DNA of 64,000 nucleotides from Octopus vulgaris (GCA_951406725.2 OX597820.1:64542001-64606000), one strand, 5' to 3'; positions 13,520 through 27,025 are shown, numbered from the stretch's first letter. Notes: generated from the letters alone by a model not told the origin. Made by a program: numbers and translations.

Positions 13520-14230
13520 CTGTATTGTTGTTGCAGTGAACTATTTGCCAGCAGTATAGAGGAACGGTGAGTGTTAAGTGTTAGGATCTGCAAAGAGGAT
13601 ACACATTGATGTCACCTACACATCTCTAATAATATAATATTATAACAATATAATCTTCATGGCACCACGAGACATTCACATATTTACACAATTTTCTAAT
13701 GGGATACTGGAATGTGTTATGCTCAGGAAAATTGTTGATATTTAATTGTCGTTTGATGAGTGATTATTGAATGGCAGCGGATATGAATATCAATGGTCTA
13801 CAAATCTCCTCTGAATCCAATGACGAATATACTGTCACAGAATTGATAAGATTGCTGTATAAACTGGTGGCGTGGCTAAAGATAAAGTGATTAAATATTT
13901 CAGTAGAATTAGAAAGTTTTGGATCCCAGATATATCTTCATTGGATTAGAATATATCTGATAATAACTTTAATGTACCATGTCTAATGCCAAAAGTCAGG
14001 ATTCGAGAGAGGAAACATGACATAATCCGAAATCTGGACAAGACATCCAGGAAGATATTAATCACTTACAGTAACTTCCACATACAAATGACTGCGAGTA
14101 GATCCATTCCAGATGGAGGGATGAGATCAGAGGTAGAAGCTCAGTCTACATGTCCGTTGAGTCTCGCATCGTATTACTGAGGCAACAACTGCTGAACTAT
14201 AAAGAGGAAAATAAGTACATCATAACTGGG
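13520..14230 (+). mobile_element. Decayed R4/Dong-like LINE fragment
   Basis: LDKTSRKILITYSNFH..SIPDGG resembles the post-RT LDRKTRK..H....RLY.PR..GGRGL motif. Confidence 0.45.
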
Positions 14231-14289
14231 TTTAATTATAAAATAAATGCAACTGTGAATGTAGATGAAGAACTTAATAAATATTATTT

Positions 14290-14476
14290 TCTACTCTAGG
14301 CACAAGGCCCGAAATTTTGGGGAGCGGGCCAGTCGATTAGTATGCAACTTGTACTTAATTTATCGACCCCGAAATGATGAAAGGCAATGTCAATTTGAAC
14401 TCAGGGCCTAAAGACAGACGAAATATCCACGAACCCTCTCGCCCGGCGTGCTAACCTTTCTGCCAGCTCGCCGCCT
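14290..14476 (-). mobile_element. SINE family B
   Basis: Similar to 13140-13346. Confidence 0.8.
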
Positions 14477-15199
14477 TGAACTTAATAAATATTGAGCTTA
14501 AGACTGTCCAATGTGAGCTAAGTATAGCCAGGTCAATCTAATATTTGGGCAGAAGTATTAATCGTATCATCGTACCTTCACGAGCAAGAAGGTCCTAAAT
14601 TGTTGAGGAGTAGAGGAACCTTTCCTGGACTTGCGAAACGTGCATCATTTATCACCTTGAAGAATACGTATTCTCTGTTCCGAAGAAAGGAAATTGCTCC
14701 TATATACCTGATCAATAAAATACATAAAGATGCCTTTCCTCCTTATAATATGACAGATATTTTCAATTGACCTATATTCGGTGTACAAGTTAGTTACCCA
14801 TATTATCAACACCTACTTCCACCGCACAAAAAAATGTACGGAAAATAGTACGAAAGTGACATGACATTGTTGCCAAATTCATTTACTGTGCCATTTTAAA
14901 GAAATATTGTCCCGATTGTTATCCATATTACACACCAATACCAGAATTTATCCACTTGTTTAAAAATGTAGAATGCTGATAGAGCATCACAATAAAAATG
15001 TACGACCCATACGTAAACACAATATACATGATATTACACACAGAGCAAAATCATTCGTTGTAGATATGTGTTGTCCAGTGGAGGAGAATATCTCGTCTAA
15101 TGATTTGTGAAAATAGCACATTTATGCTAAAGTTAATTAAAGCTTAAAGTTGAGAATCAAGATTGCATTTTGACTATTATCATGGATCTACTGGCTTAC

Positions 15200-15415
15200 G
15201 TGATACCTGACTTGTACAAAAACTTCGAAATGCTGACCATTTTCGTAGACAGCACCATTTGAACTCAATCGTATCTTCAATTCCAGTCGAATAGATATAC
15301 GATGAAGATATCTGCAACATTCCAATGAGTCTCCATTTACGATGACTGTAAGAAACTTATGCACAAAATTACACGAGTGAGTATGGCATACACAAATATA
15401 TTCCTTCGCAGACAT
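15200..15415 (-). mobile_element. Possible Tc1/mariner transposase C-terminal relic
   Basis: ...VYENGQHFE resembles the typical NGGHFE terminus; the rest is degenerate. Confidence 0.3.
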
Positions 15416-15602
15416 CCTAAATACAACATCGTGTGCTAAAGAGACCTCAAATATTCAGACGGTTTTGAAATTGTTTTGACTGAAGCTAACATATAAAACC
15501 TGCTTGAATTTTGCGATCGACTTAAATCTAAAAGATGAACATACATCCATACACCCCGACGGAAACATATGCATACATATAAACAGAGAAAATGGAGGCC
15601 AG

Positions 15603-15711
15603 AAAGAGCGAGAGAGAGAGAGAGAGAGAGACATAGAAAGAGAGAGAGAGAGAGACATAGAAAGAGAGAGAGAGAGAGAGACATAGAAAGAGAGAGAGAG
15701 AGAAAGAGAGA
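15603..15711. repeat. (GA)n-based compound repeat with ~24-nt higher-order unit
   Basis: Three copies of (GA)n-CATAGAAA. Confidence 0.9.
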
Positions 15712-16500
15712 AGGTTTAGATTAGGAGGCTACTGTGTGAGAGAAAGAAGGAGAAAAACTAAGATATGAAAACAGCCTGGTACAGAGTGAGGTAGCTGAAA
15801 TGAAATTCTAAGTAGGAATGAGAGAGAATTATATGGAGTGTGAAAAAGTAATTAGTGCAAAAAAAGAAATGAGAGAGAAATGGAGTGAGAAAAAGAGAGT
15901 ATAGAAAATTAGAGAGATATTGTGTGACTACACTGGAAACGGTGTAGACACAGATAATCTAAGGTAGAGTGATGAGCAGAGAGAGAGAGAGAGAGAGAAA
16001 TAAAGATAAAATATTACAGACATACAATGGCGAATGAACGAAATAATTTACAGAAGAGGGAACCGGATAAAGAAAGTAAAAGGAATGGGAGAGATGTATA
16101 GTCCATGAATATAAGAGAACACACACACACACGCACACACACACACACACACATGCAGACACACACACAGAAACACACACAAATGTATTTAGTTTTTGTA
16201 TTTTTCATCGTTTTTACAAAATTCTTGATGAGAAATCGTGTGGTGAAACAGATGTATCTTGGGAGGGTCATTTTCCAATAGACAGAACAACTGCTGCTTG
16301 TACCTTTATTGGCAATATGTCCATCCCAAATAAAACGATACATACGTAACTAAATGGCGATGAAGATCTTATATAACTTGATTCCAGGTTTCCTGTTTCT
16401 GAAATACAAAATTCTCTCGATAGGGGAATACATTACAGATACAACGGTGATACAATGGACTACGCATCCCCCACAAAAGCATGACACACACACGCACACA

Positions 16501-16569
<69 letters not shown>

Positions 16570-16767
16570 AATATATATATATAATAAATATTAGGGAATA
16601 AATCCAAATTTACAGGGAAAATCAGATTTAGGATTGAATCCAATTTTATAGTAAAATATTATATAATATTAATTAGAGACAAAACCACTATTTTGCAAAT
16701 CAAACAAAGAAAGACTTAAACCAATACAAAAATCAATTTTAATATAAATTAAATTAAATTATATTCG

Positions 16768-16813
16768 CCACTACAATTGTTTCATGTCTCTTCTCAGGAC
16801 ATTCATCAGGTGG
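16768..16813 (-). ncRNA. Type I hammerhead ribozyme (left arm)
   Basis: Exact reverse complement of 16892-16937. Confidence 0.85.
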
Positions 16814-16891
16814 ATTTCAGATCTTCTATACTATTTTAAGTTATGAAGTGAATTCACTTCATAACTTAAAATAGAATAGAATATCTGAAAT

Positions 16892-16937
16892 CCACCTGAT
16901 GAATGTCCTGAGAAGAGACATGAAACAATTGTAGTGG
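16892..16937 (+). ncRNA. Type I hammerhead ribozyme (right arm)
   Basis: ccac CTGATGA atgtc-ctgagaaga-gacat GAAA caattg TA gtgg: canonical core boxes, 5-bp stem II, palindromic stem III, GTA cleavage triplet. Confidence 0.85.
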
Positions 16938-17032
16938 CGAATATAATTTAATTTAATTTATATTAAAATTGTTTTATGTATTGGTTTAAGTCTTTCTTTG
17001 TTTGATTTGCAAAATAGTGGTTTTGTCTCTAA

Positions 17033-17106
<74 letters not shown>

Positions 17107-17313
17107 ATGTTTTCGTTGTTTAAGAAAAATGTCCAGTTCCTTTGGTTTTGTGTTTATGTTTCCGTTTCTCATTGTGTTCGACGTGTTTTTTGTGTGTGTC
17201 CTGTACCCATATATGCATGTATATATACATGTAGAGGTAGGAACGTATATATATGTATGTATATATGCATATGTTTTATTTATTTAATTTATATATATAT
17301 ATATATATATATA

Positions 17314-17826
17314 CTAGCAGTATCGCCCGGCGTTGCTCGGGTTTGTAAAGGAAATAACTATATAAGCATTTTTAGAGAGTTACTTCCCTCATAGATGCCA
17401 ATTCGGGCTTTCTTAGCCATTTCTGTTTTGGTGTCTTCAAGCCATGAAGTCGTTGTTCTAAAAGAACGCTGGTCTCCTTGACAACGCTTTACGACGTTGA
17501 TTTCCTTACACTCCCTTCTCCACAGCTTCACGAGGGAGGGAAGAAGGGGGAGAAGCAAACAGGTGCAGGTGTGACCATGGACGCCAACTCCGCCGCCATC
17601 GATACACGAAAAATTATGCATTAAAATGGAATACAAAATGATGTTAAATTATTTTTAAAATCGTAGACTCATCGTAGACGCGCGCTAATACTCAGACGGG
17701 CTCGATATGAATCACGACTATAAGATACCCGAATTTGGTTAAACTGCACCGCAAAATGTGGGAGTAGTTAGGAATCTAAATCGAAGGGGACAGACAATCA
17801 CACAACTACAGTTTTATATATATAGA
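17314..17826 (-). mobile_element. Non-autonomous Helitron
   Basis: Minus strand begins a|TC, ends with hairpin cccgagcaacgccggg then CTAG|t; inserted in AT context. Confidence 0.75.
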
Positions 17827-17832
17827 TATAGA

Positions 17833-18672
17833 AATAATAATAATGAAATTATTGTATACAGTGCTCAGGTGCACCACAACTTGTTAGAAAGTGCGTATAA
17901 AGTGTATGCAGTAATGTACAAATGTCTGGAAAGCGAACAATGTATGAGTCAGATACATGCTTGTGTATGTATGGAGAGGAGGAAATCAGGTGTAGTGTTG
18001 GCGAATCTCAGAAAGCGTGGAAGTTTTGAAGGATGCAGTGCTCCTACTACTAACAACCGATGCCGGCAGTTTGTTCCATGCTTCAGCAACTCTCAGCGTG
18101 AAAAAATGTTTCCTAAAGTCATAGGAGCTGTGCTGTTTTCTGACTTTGTAAATATGTCCACTGGTGTTAGACGAGTGGAGTTTGAAAAGGTGCTCAGAGT
18201 TATTGTTTGTAAGATGGTTGATAATTTTATGAGTGTCTGCGAAGTCAGCTGTCAGACGTCGGAGTTTCAATGTGTCCATGCCCAGGGAAGTAAGGCGTTC
18301 AGAATATGGCAAATGCCTGATGGAGGGTATTCTTTTGGTTGCACGTCGCTGAACGGCTTCCAGACGATTGACATCCTGGGCAAGATAGGGGTTCCAGACC
18401 GGTGATGCAAATTCCAGGTGAGGTCTTACCATAGTTATATAAAGCCGCTGATAGATAGTCAGAGAGCGGCTCACAAAGGATTTGGTGAGTGATGCCAAGG
18501 CACCTTCAGCCTTCTTGACAATTTTAGCGATGTGTTTTGTCCAACGCAAATCACTGTCGACAATAACACCCATGTCACGTTCACACGAAGACTTTTTGAG
18601 ATTAGCGTTGTGGAGGGAATAGCCGGACGCCGGGTTTCTCCTCCCAAAATGCATGGTGGTACATTTGTCCAC
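17833..18672 (-). mobile_element. 5'-truncated CR1-clade LINE (RT C-terminus, 3' UTR, (ATT)n tail)
   Basis: KC..MHFG, ERDMGVIVDSDL, VRPHLEFASPVWNP, LEAVQRRATK, RKHFFTLRVAEAWNKLP; ORF ends at 17986. Confidence 0.9.
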
Positions 18673-19681
18673 ATAAACAAATATAAACGCAAACACACAT
18701 ATTAATATCTTTTAAACTCTACAGCAGGTTTTCAGAATCTCAGAAGCTAATTATCTTTAGTGCATCAAAGAAGATACATTGTTGTATTTCTCACGGTCTT
18801 TACATTGCAAATGCGTGTCACAAGTAGGTCAACTTTATGTCTTACGTATTTGAATCTAGTTCAATAAACTACCTGTCAAAAAATGAAGTCGACGAGATTG
18901 ACTATTGATCAGTCATTAAGCGCAAACTCTTGCTATTGTGCGTAAGTATCCACTCAATACAACACCCAACTACTTAATGTAACGTAGGACAAAGTCCGAT
19001 ACAGAAAATATGATCCCGTTGATCGTTTTATTGTTCATTTTGTTGTGCAGCTCGCGATGTGTTTTGCTCAAGTACAAATCTGAGCAACGTATTTTCTTAC
19101 AGCCACGTTCCAGATACGATCTTATAAATCCAAAGAGGGCATGCATTTATTTTCTTAAGGATGTTCATGTGTAATTTAAAAAGGGTTTCTATGTTATGTC
19201 ACTGTAAAAGACACTTTTCTCCAACATTCCCTTTGTTTTGTTTTAGTTAGCTCTAAGCCAAATCTTAATGAAATTCAAACTAGCCTTCATCATTCGTCTT
19301 CATATTTAGAATTATATCACTGAAGTGTTGCATTTAGATTTCATGATGATTTTATTGTTTTCAGCCCAATAAGGACATATGCAAATATTTTCTCTTTGCC
19401 CGTGTAGCAAATTGGCTTTATCGTTCTACTTTTAACGCTTTTTTTTCAGTAAAACTGTAGCCATGCTGTGCGCTGTCTTGGAGAATTTTGTTCGAAACAT
19501 TCGGGTCCCGCAAATATTTTGAAACCTGGTAATTATTCTATATGCAATTAAGTTACTAAGTCGTAAACACACAATCACCGGTGTACAAGTGGTGGGGATG
19601 GTAGACAAACACGGACAAAAAAGATACACACAGGCATATACTCACGTGCATAGACACACATACATACATATGTATAGATAC

Positions 19682-19730
<49 letters not shown>

Positions 19731-19736
19731 AGACAC

Positions 19737-19782
<46 letters not shown>

Positions 19783-19783
<1 letters not shown>

Positions 19784-21070
19784 TAGCAGAAATACCAGGC
19801 GTTGTCCGGTTACATTGAACTGAAGAATTAGAATTTTCTGTAATGAAATGGAATATCTATATTTCGAATCTCATCCAAATTGCAGATGAGGGTTATTTCT
19901 CTCTTTACACACTCTAAAAAAATTGTAATCGTGTCATATGTATCCCATACTACTGATTTTTATGCGCATATTCCAAAATTCCAATCTTATTGAACCTGTT
20001 AAAAAAATTTTGCTCCTGAAAAATGAAGGTCATGGAGCTCTAAAATGTGAGAGTTATGGCCCCTGTTGGAGGTGGGCATCTTAATGTCAACCAGAGAAGT
20101 TGAATTGTTGAGAATCTTTTTAACTTGGGTCTTATATCTATTGTTTAAACTTCTTTGAAATAGGAAATATATGTTCACTGGGTTTGTAAAAGCGAGCAAA
20201 GCTAAAGGAAACCATAATCACAATAAGCGGTCAGTTACCTTACATTAGTTGTCACCACTCCCAATGTAGGATTCCTCACCATCCAGGTGACAGGCACAGC
20301 CGTAAGATGCATTACGAATCTATTGCAATTGGAACGGCGTGACCCAACTGAAATCAAAATTAACAACTGTGTGACGTGAGGGCTAAGAAGAAATTAAAGT
20401 GTCACCTCTGGAGTTTGCAAATGGCCACTATACTGATATGTAACTGGACAGAATAAATTTAAAATCTATAAATGTCTTTGAATAACCAGTCACTCATCTT
20501 GGTAGACCTTGAAATCAATGTTACCATCTGGGGACTATGTGTGACCGAGTGATAATAAAAAGACTGAAAGGAGGTCTGCAATGAAATAACGTTACTCAAC
20601 ACTTTGCACCTGAATCAGTGGAGGCAAAGCTGCCTCTCATTTACTTGACAATTCATGCACCACATTGCAGAAATCACAATGTAAGTGTAAGTCAAAGCAA
20701 ACTCTTACACTGTTGTACCATTGAATTAGAAATTATGCCCAACTTTTATGCTCGGGTAACCCTACAGCCTCCAAGAGCACAACTGTATTCGTTTTTGCTT
20801 AGATAAAATGACAAAATTGTGGTTGTTAAGTCCCCATGGAGGGGTCTTTCTAAATTTGTAAGAAGATGAAATTTTATAAATATTACTTCATTTGTGTCTA
20901 ATATCTATGGTTAAAATTTCATCAACAGCAAAAAATATATGAATTCTCAAGGGGCCTTATTCATGAAATATAATTTCCGAATTTCATAAAGATCTATTCA
21001 GTACTTTTGACCTAGTTTTGAATCATAAAAGAAATGACTAAAATTTGGGAGTTAAGGCTCCCATTAGGGT
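19783..21070 (-). mobile_element. Helitron-like element 3' portion (internal extent uncertain)
   Basis: Minus-strand end accggacaacgcctggt..CTAG|t parallels the 3' end at 17314. Confidence 0.5.
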
Positions 21071-21071
21071 G

Positions 21072-21073
<2 letters not shown>

Positions 21074-21116
<43 letters not shown>

Positions 21117-21125
21117 TAGATAGAC

Positions 21126-21209
<84 letters not shown>
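21074..21209. repeat. (TA)n(GATA)n microsatellite
   Basis: Direct reading. Confidence 0.95.
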
Positions 21210-21274
21210 TTACACACACATACAAAGATAAATTGATGGATACAACTGAGTGGGAAACAAAAACAGCCTAGTGC

Positions 21275-21478
21275 TTTTTTATGTTGATAAGCCTAGTACT
21301 TATTCTATTAGTTTGTTCTTGTGAAACCAGTAAGTTATGTGGATGTAAATAAATGAACAGCAGTTGTGAAGCAGTGATGAGGGCGAAACACAGCGACAAA
21401 AGACACACATACACTCACATATATACGTACATATATATATACGATTGATTTGTTTCAGTTCCTGTCTACGAAATCCAT
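21275..21478 (-). mobile_element. Diverged SINE family A fragment
   Basis: taagcctagtacttattcta.. core; close paralog at 27455-27660. Confidence 0.7.
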
Positions 21479-21484
21479 ATATAT

Positions 21485-24167
21485 TGTTGTTGGCATCCTT
21501 TCTGTCTCGGGCGACAATGGAGTTGAGCATAAAATAATCTAGTCCGGCTTTTACATTTCATGTCCTAATACATCTCCTGTTGTGGCCGTGTAGTCCAATC
21601 CTGGACAAACACTCCCTCTGGCAGGTGCCGCAAATGTAGCGAAGACTTTGCCTGGCTGGTTGTAATATCATAGTTTCTTGTTGACGTATTTTCTTGTCTT
21701 TCCATTTCTCCTCTCTCTCTCTCTCTCTCTCTCTGTCACTCCTTTGTGTTCCCTCTTTTACGGTACGTCGCCCATCTCCACGATTGCTGGCAACTGCTTC
21801 CCAGTTAGTAATATTGCTGTTGCAGGCATTCATGTCTCTTTTGCCAACATCCTTGTATCGTAAGAACGGTCTTCCCACAGACGTATTGCCCCTAGCAAGC
21901 TCTCCGTTGAGTATGTCCTTGAGGATTCTGCCATACGGCTAACATGTCCAAGCCATCTCATACGTCTTTGTGTGAGGAGTGCAAACATACTTGGTATTCC
22001 TGCTTGCTTGAGGACATCTTTCTTGGGGAGATGATTCTGCCATTTGATGCGATTTCCAGATGCAGCGCAGGTGAAAGATAGTTAGGCGACGCTCTTGGCG
22101 TCGTATGGCGTGTGTATGGCGTCCAAGTCTCACTTCCATACAGTAGAGTGCTAAGTACACATGCCTGGTAAATCTTCATTTTGTGGTCTTGGTCAGCTTA
22201 TTGTTGTCCCATGCCAATTTGGAGAGTTGGGCCATCACAGCTGCTGCCTTGCCAATGCGTATATTGAGCTAAGCATCAAGGGATAGGTTGTAGGTGACAA
22301 TAGAGCCAAGATAGGTAAACTTCTCCACCTCCTGTAGTCTGTGGTCTCCAATATGTATATTTGAGATGTCCGATATAGCCTGACCCATGATGTTGGTCTT
22401 CTTGAGGCTGATAACTAAGCCAAAGTTGCCACATGCTTGCTCAAACAGTTGATGATCCTTTGTAGGGCTGTGTGTGATACCAGAGCGGCATCATTAGCAA
22501 ATAGTATCTCCTTGATCAGGACGCTTCTGATTTTGGTCTTGGCACGCAGACACGAGAGATTGAACAGTTTCCCATCACTTCTACTGTGCAGAAACACTCC
22601 ATCATCTGATGTCTCAAAGGCATGTGACAGCAGCAGCGAGAAGAAGATGCCAAATAATGTAGGAGCAAGAATACAACCTTGCTTTACCCCGTTTTTTATT
22701 TGGAAGCTGATGTTGAACCATTGTGCTGTATGGTGCCTTGCATATCAGCATGGACAGATTTGATGATCCTCAGCAGCTTTGGTGGACATCCGATTTTTTG
22801 GAGGAGGATGAAGAGGCCTTTTCTACTTACCAAGTCAAAGGCCTTTGTCAGATCAATGAAGGCGTTATATAATGGCATTTTCTGCTCCCTGGGCTTCTCC
22901 TGAAGTTGGCGTATGGAGAATATCATGTCAATAGTTGATCTGCTTCTTCTAAAGCCACACTGGATAAATTCGAGAAGCAAGCAGTTGCAGCATGGACAGG
23001 ATAATGCGAGCAGAGGCCTTTCCAACAGTGCTTAGAAGAGATATTCCACGGTAATTGTTACAATCACCACGGTCACCTTTGTTTTTCTAAAGCGTAATGA
23101 TGTTAGCATCCCGCATATCCTGATGAACTGTACCCTCTTCCCAGCACTTACACAGAAGCCCATGAAGGTGCCGAAGCAGGGTGCTGTTTTTGCCGGTTTT
23201 GATTATCTATAAGGGGATGTCGTCTTTTCCCGGAGCCTTGTTATTTGCTAGGGAGTCAATAGCCTTGGTGAGCACTGCTATAGATGGCAGACTGTCAAGT
23301 TCACACATGACTGGCAAGATCTTGGTACCCTCGATTGCAGCCTCAGCTACCGTGGTCTCTCGTGAGTAGAGATCCTGGTAGTACTTCACCCATGTATCTA
23401 TTTGCTTGCTTTGATCCCTGATGAGATCACCAGGAGTTGATTTCAGAGGGGGTGACTTGGTTGCGGATGGACTGAGGGCATTTTTCAAACTGGCATACAT
23501 CCCACGGGTGTCGCCACTGTCAGCAGCTTACTGGATACTCTGACACATTTCCTGCCAATACCTATTTGCACAGCGTCTGGCAGCGTCTGGCAGCGTCTGG
23601 CAGTTAGGCTTTGTAGAAGAATCACTCTTGTATTGTATCAGAGCTGCACGCTTTGCTTCGATAACTGTTTCCAATTCTGAGAGCCCAGCATTGAACCAAT
23701 CTGGGTTTTGCCTTTCTCTCATGCCGAAAGTATCTATTGATGTGGTATACAAAGCATCCCTGATATAATTCCACCTACTTTCAGCAGCTACTGAGGGCAA
23801 CCTTGATAGGAACAGTAAAACATTGTCGCAGTGTAGAGTCCGAGGTTCTGGCAGTGTTAATGCGTGGTCGGCCCATTTTCTTGGAGTAATAGACTTTTTT
23901 AGGCAGAATCCTCACCCTGTTTCTTATTAGTGAATGATCTGTGTCGCAATCCGCGTTGTGGTAACTACGAGTCAGTTGAACAGAATTCAGAAAGGATCTT
24001 CGTGTAATGATGAGATCCAGCTGATGCCAGTGGTGAGATCTTGGATGTCTCCAAGATGCCTTGTGGGATGTCTTGTTGGCAAAGAATGTGTTAGTGATGC
24101 ACAGGTTATCGTATGTGCAAAATTCAAGTAGTCTCTGGCCACTGTCATTCATGTTGCCAATACCAAA
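21485..24167 (-). mobile_element. Decayed RTE-clade LINE (partial APE endonuclease, RT, C-terminal Cys/His motif)
   Basis: GQRLLEFC..NTFF..SWRHPRS..HQLDLI..DCDTDH; QCGFRRSRSTIDMIF..QEK; FIDLTKAFD; LFANDA; LLYGSETW; CGTC.REC.SRIGL.GH.RRC; (CAA)n tail at 21485; several stops and frameshifts. Confidence 0.92.
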
Positions 24168-24242
24168 ACACATACACTTACATATATATACGAGTGATTT
24201 GTTTCAATTCCTGTCCACAAAATATCTCTCTCTCTCTCTCTA

Positions 24243-24276
<34 letters not shown>

Positions 24277-24277
<1 letters not shown>

Positions 24278-26655
24278 ATGTCCACAGCTTTGTGCGCCGT
24301 GTCCGGTTGGGTGCGCATTACCACGACTCGCCACCCACACCCAACGAAGAGGACGACTGCTTCACTGGCCTGGGCCGCCGACCATCCCCGTGGACGCCTG
24401 CCCCTGGCCAGATCCTAGCAGTGGATCTTTTCGCGGGCGCTTGTCAGCGTGCATTGGAGCGGTTCAACTTCTCCAGGCGCCAACGCCGCCTCAACATCTC
24501 CCCGGCTGAGCTCTTGGCTCTTCGTTCCCTCCAACGGCGCGCTGACATTATCATCAAACCGGCTGACAAGGGTGGAGCTGTAGTGGTGTGGCGCGCGGAC
24601 CTCTATAGGGCCGAGGCTTTCCGCCAACTCAATGACACCTCCTTCTATTCCCCTCTGCCCTCTGCCCCCACACGTAGCTACCAACAGACGGTATCCTCTA
24701 CTGTCCAAGACCTCATCTCGTCCTCCCGTCTCCCCCGCACCGCATCCAACCTAATTGTGCGAACCCCACGTACCCCCACCATTTACTTCCTCCCCAAAAT
24801 CCACAAACCCAACAACCCTGGCCGCCCCATCGTCTCCGCCTGTAACTGCCCCACGGAGCTCATCTCTAAATACCTCGACCGTGTCCTTGCCCCCCTAGTG
24901 GCATCTCTTCCCTCCCACATCCACGATACCAACCATGCTCTCCGGCTTTTCAACTCTTTCTCCTTTCCTCCCGGCTCCTCCAAAATCCTTTTTACTATGG
25001 ACATCCAAAGCCTCTATACTGTTATCCCTCACCACGAAGGACTGCAGGCCCTTCGACACTTTCTTGACCTCCGCTCTAACCCTGTACCTGACACCTCCAC
25101 ACTCATTCGTCTGGCCGAACTTGTCCTTACTCTGAACTGCTTCTCGTTCGCGGGCGAGTTCTACCATCAGGTCTCGGGAGTGGCCATGGGAACGCGAATG
25201 GGCCCCAACTATGCGAACCTGTTCGTTGGCTATGTTGAGGCCCAAATATTCTCTAATTTCACTGGTCCCACTCCTGAACTATATGGTCGTTATATTGACG
25301 ACATTATCGGTGCCACCTCACTCTCCCGCGAACATCTAGATTCCTTCCTCTCTTTCGTCCAATCTTTCCATCCAGCCCTCCACTTCACTTCCACTATCTC
25401 CAACACCTCTGTCTCCTTCCTCGACATTTCGGTTAGCATTCTTCACTCCACTCTTACCACCTCCATTCACTACAAACACACAGACTCACACTCATACCTC
25501 AACTTCTCTTCCTCCCACCCAGAACACACCAAGCTTTCCATCCCCTATTCCCAATTCCTCCGTCTACGTAGGCTCTGTAGTGACGACCATGACTTTGAGA
25601 CTCAGTCTCAACGTATGGCTCACCACTTCACCCTACGTGGATACACCCTCACCACTATCCACACCGCCCTTGCCAGAGCACGGTCCGTGGACCGTGTATC
25701 TGCTCTCTCTCCCCGAACCCGCCCTGTAGTCTCCCGCCTCCCTTTTCCCCTCACTTACCACCCCACGACCCTACGTCTCCAACGCACCATTCTTCGAGCT
25801 TTCCGTCATCTCCAGTCCGACCCGTCCACTTCACACCTCTTCCCTAACCGACCCCTCCCCTCTTTCAAACGAGCCCACAACCTTCGGGACCTTTTGGTCC
25901 ATAGCTCCTTCCCTGACCCTACCTCCCAACCCGGCTCGTTCCCCTGCTCCCGCCCACGTTGCCGCACTTGCCCTTACATCTCCAACACCACCCGCCTCAC
26001 TAGCACCCACCATCGACCCTATCCCATCATCCACTCCTTCACCTGCACCTCCAGCAATATTATCTATTGCATCTCTTGCTCTCTCTGCAATTCCTTGTAC
26101 ATCGGACAAACGGGACGCCGCTTGGCTGACCGGTTCGCGGAACACCTTCGTGACATCCACCTTGCGAACGACACACCGGTCTCACGCCATTTCCGCTCAA
26201 CCGGTCACTCCTTGCAACACCTATCTGTGTTCGGTTTGTCCTTACACAGAGGCCATCCGGATTCCCGTTTGCGCCGTGAACAGGAATTAATCTTCTCTCT
26301 TCGCTCTTATACGCCATTTGGTCTCAACTCTCCCCCCTCCTCATCTAACCTCACCCCCTCCTCACCTATCCTTTCTCCCCCGACCCCTACTTCTTCAGTC
26401 CTTCATCCTTTCACCCCTACTCCCCTTCCCTTCTTCCCTCTTTCTCCCTCCCTCTTCCCCTTCCCTCTGCTCCCTCACTCCCTCTCTCCCCTTCTCTCTC
26501 CCCCTCTCCCTCTTTCCTCCTTCATCCCCCTCATCCCCTTCCTTCTCCCCCATCCTATCATCTCCCCCTTCTCCTCCCCCTCTTCTTCCCCTCCCCTTCT
26601 CTCCCCCCTCTTCTCTCCCTCCCCTTCCCCCTCTTCTCCTCACTACACCACATGA
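24277..26655 (+). CDS. PLE polyprotein: reverse transcriptase + GIY-YIG endonuclease (uninterrupted, no native start)
   Basis: IKPADKGGAVVVW, YFLPKIHK, GRPIVS, MDIQSLYT, GVAMGTRMGPNYANLF, RYIDD, SFLDI, CSRPRCRTC, NIIYCISC..C..LYIGQTGRRLADRFAEH; tail after about 26330 is Pro/Ser low complexity. Confidence 0.93.
26325..26645. repeat. Polypyrimidine (C/T) tract
   Basis: About 320 nt almost devoid of G on the + strand. Confidence 0.9.
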
Positions 26656-26684
26656 CTTTACACATCACATCACATATGATGTGC

Positions 26685-27025
26685 CATACTAATACACACA
26701 CCAACTAATACCTACTAATACGTACTAATACATACTAGTACATACTAATACTTACACCAACCCTATACATACACACGCCCAGACCCCGCATACGCACTTA
26801 TACTCTCTCACACACACACACACACACCTATACATACCAATACGTACTAATACATACTAATACATACTAATACATACACCAACCCCATACATACGCACGT
26901 CCAGACCAATCTTACGCACTAATACTCTCTCATACACAAACACACACACACACACACACCCTTATACATACTAATACATACACCAACCCTATACATACAC
27001 ACATCCAGACCCCTCCCACGCACTT
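26685..27025. repeat. Imperfect tandem repeat (about 3 units of ~120 bp) in PLE 3' region
   Basis: Recurring tactaatacata..acaccaaccctatacatacacac..ccagacc..cgcact. Confidence 0.8.

Larger units (their letters stand above)
16580..17044. mobile_element. Fold-back (palindromic) PLE-pLTR-like element in (TA)n
   Basis: Spacerless palindrome 16661-17044 centred on GAATTC (16850-16855), about 4 mismatches; left arm extends about 80 bp further; (TA)n on both sides. Confidence 0.85.

Noticed and set aside
17758-18405. 215-aa plus-strand ORF
   Set aside because: Antisense shadow of the CR1 RT
24061-24276. N-terminal 72 aa of the 864-aa ORF
   Set aside because: Chance read-through of antisense RTE, a SINE fragment and (TA)n; PLE homology starts at about 24277
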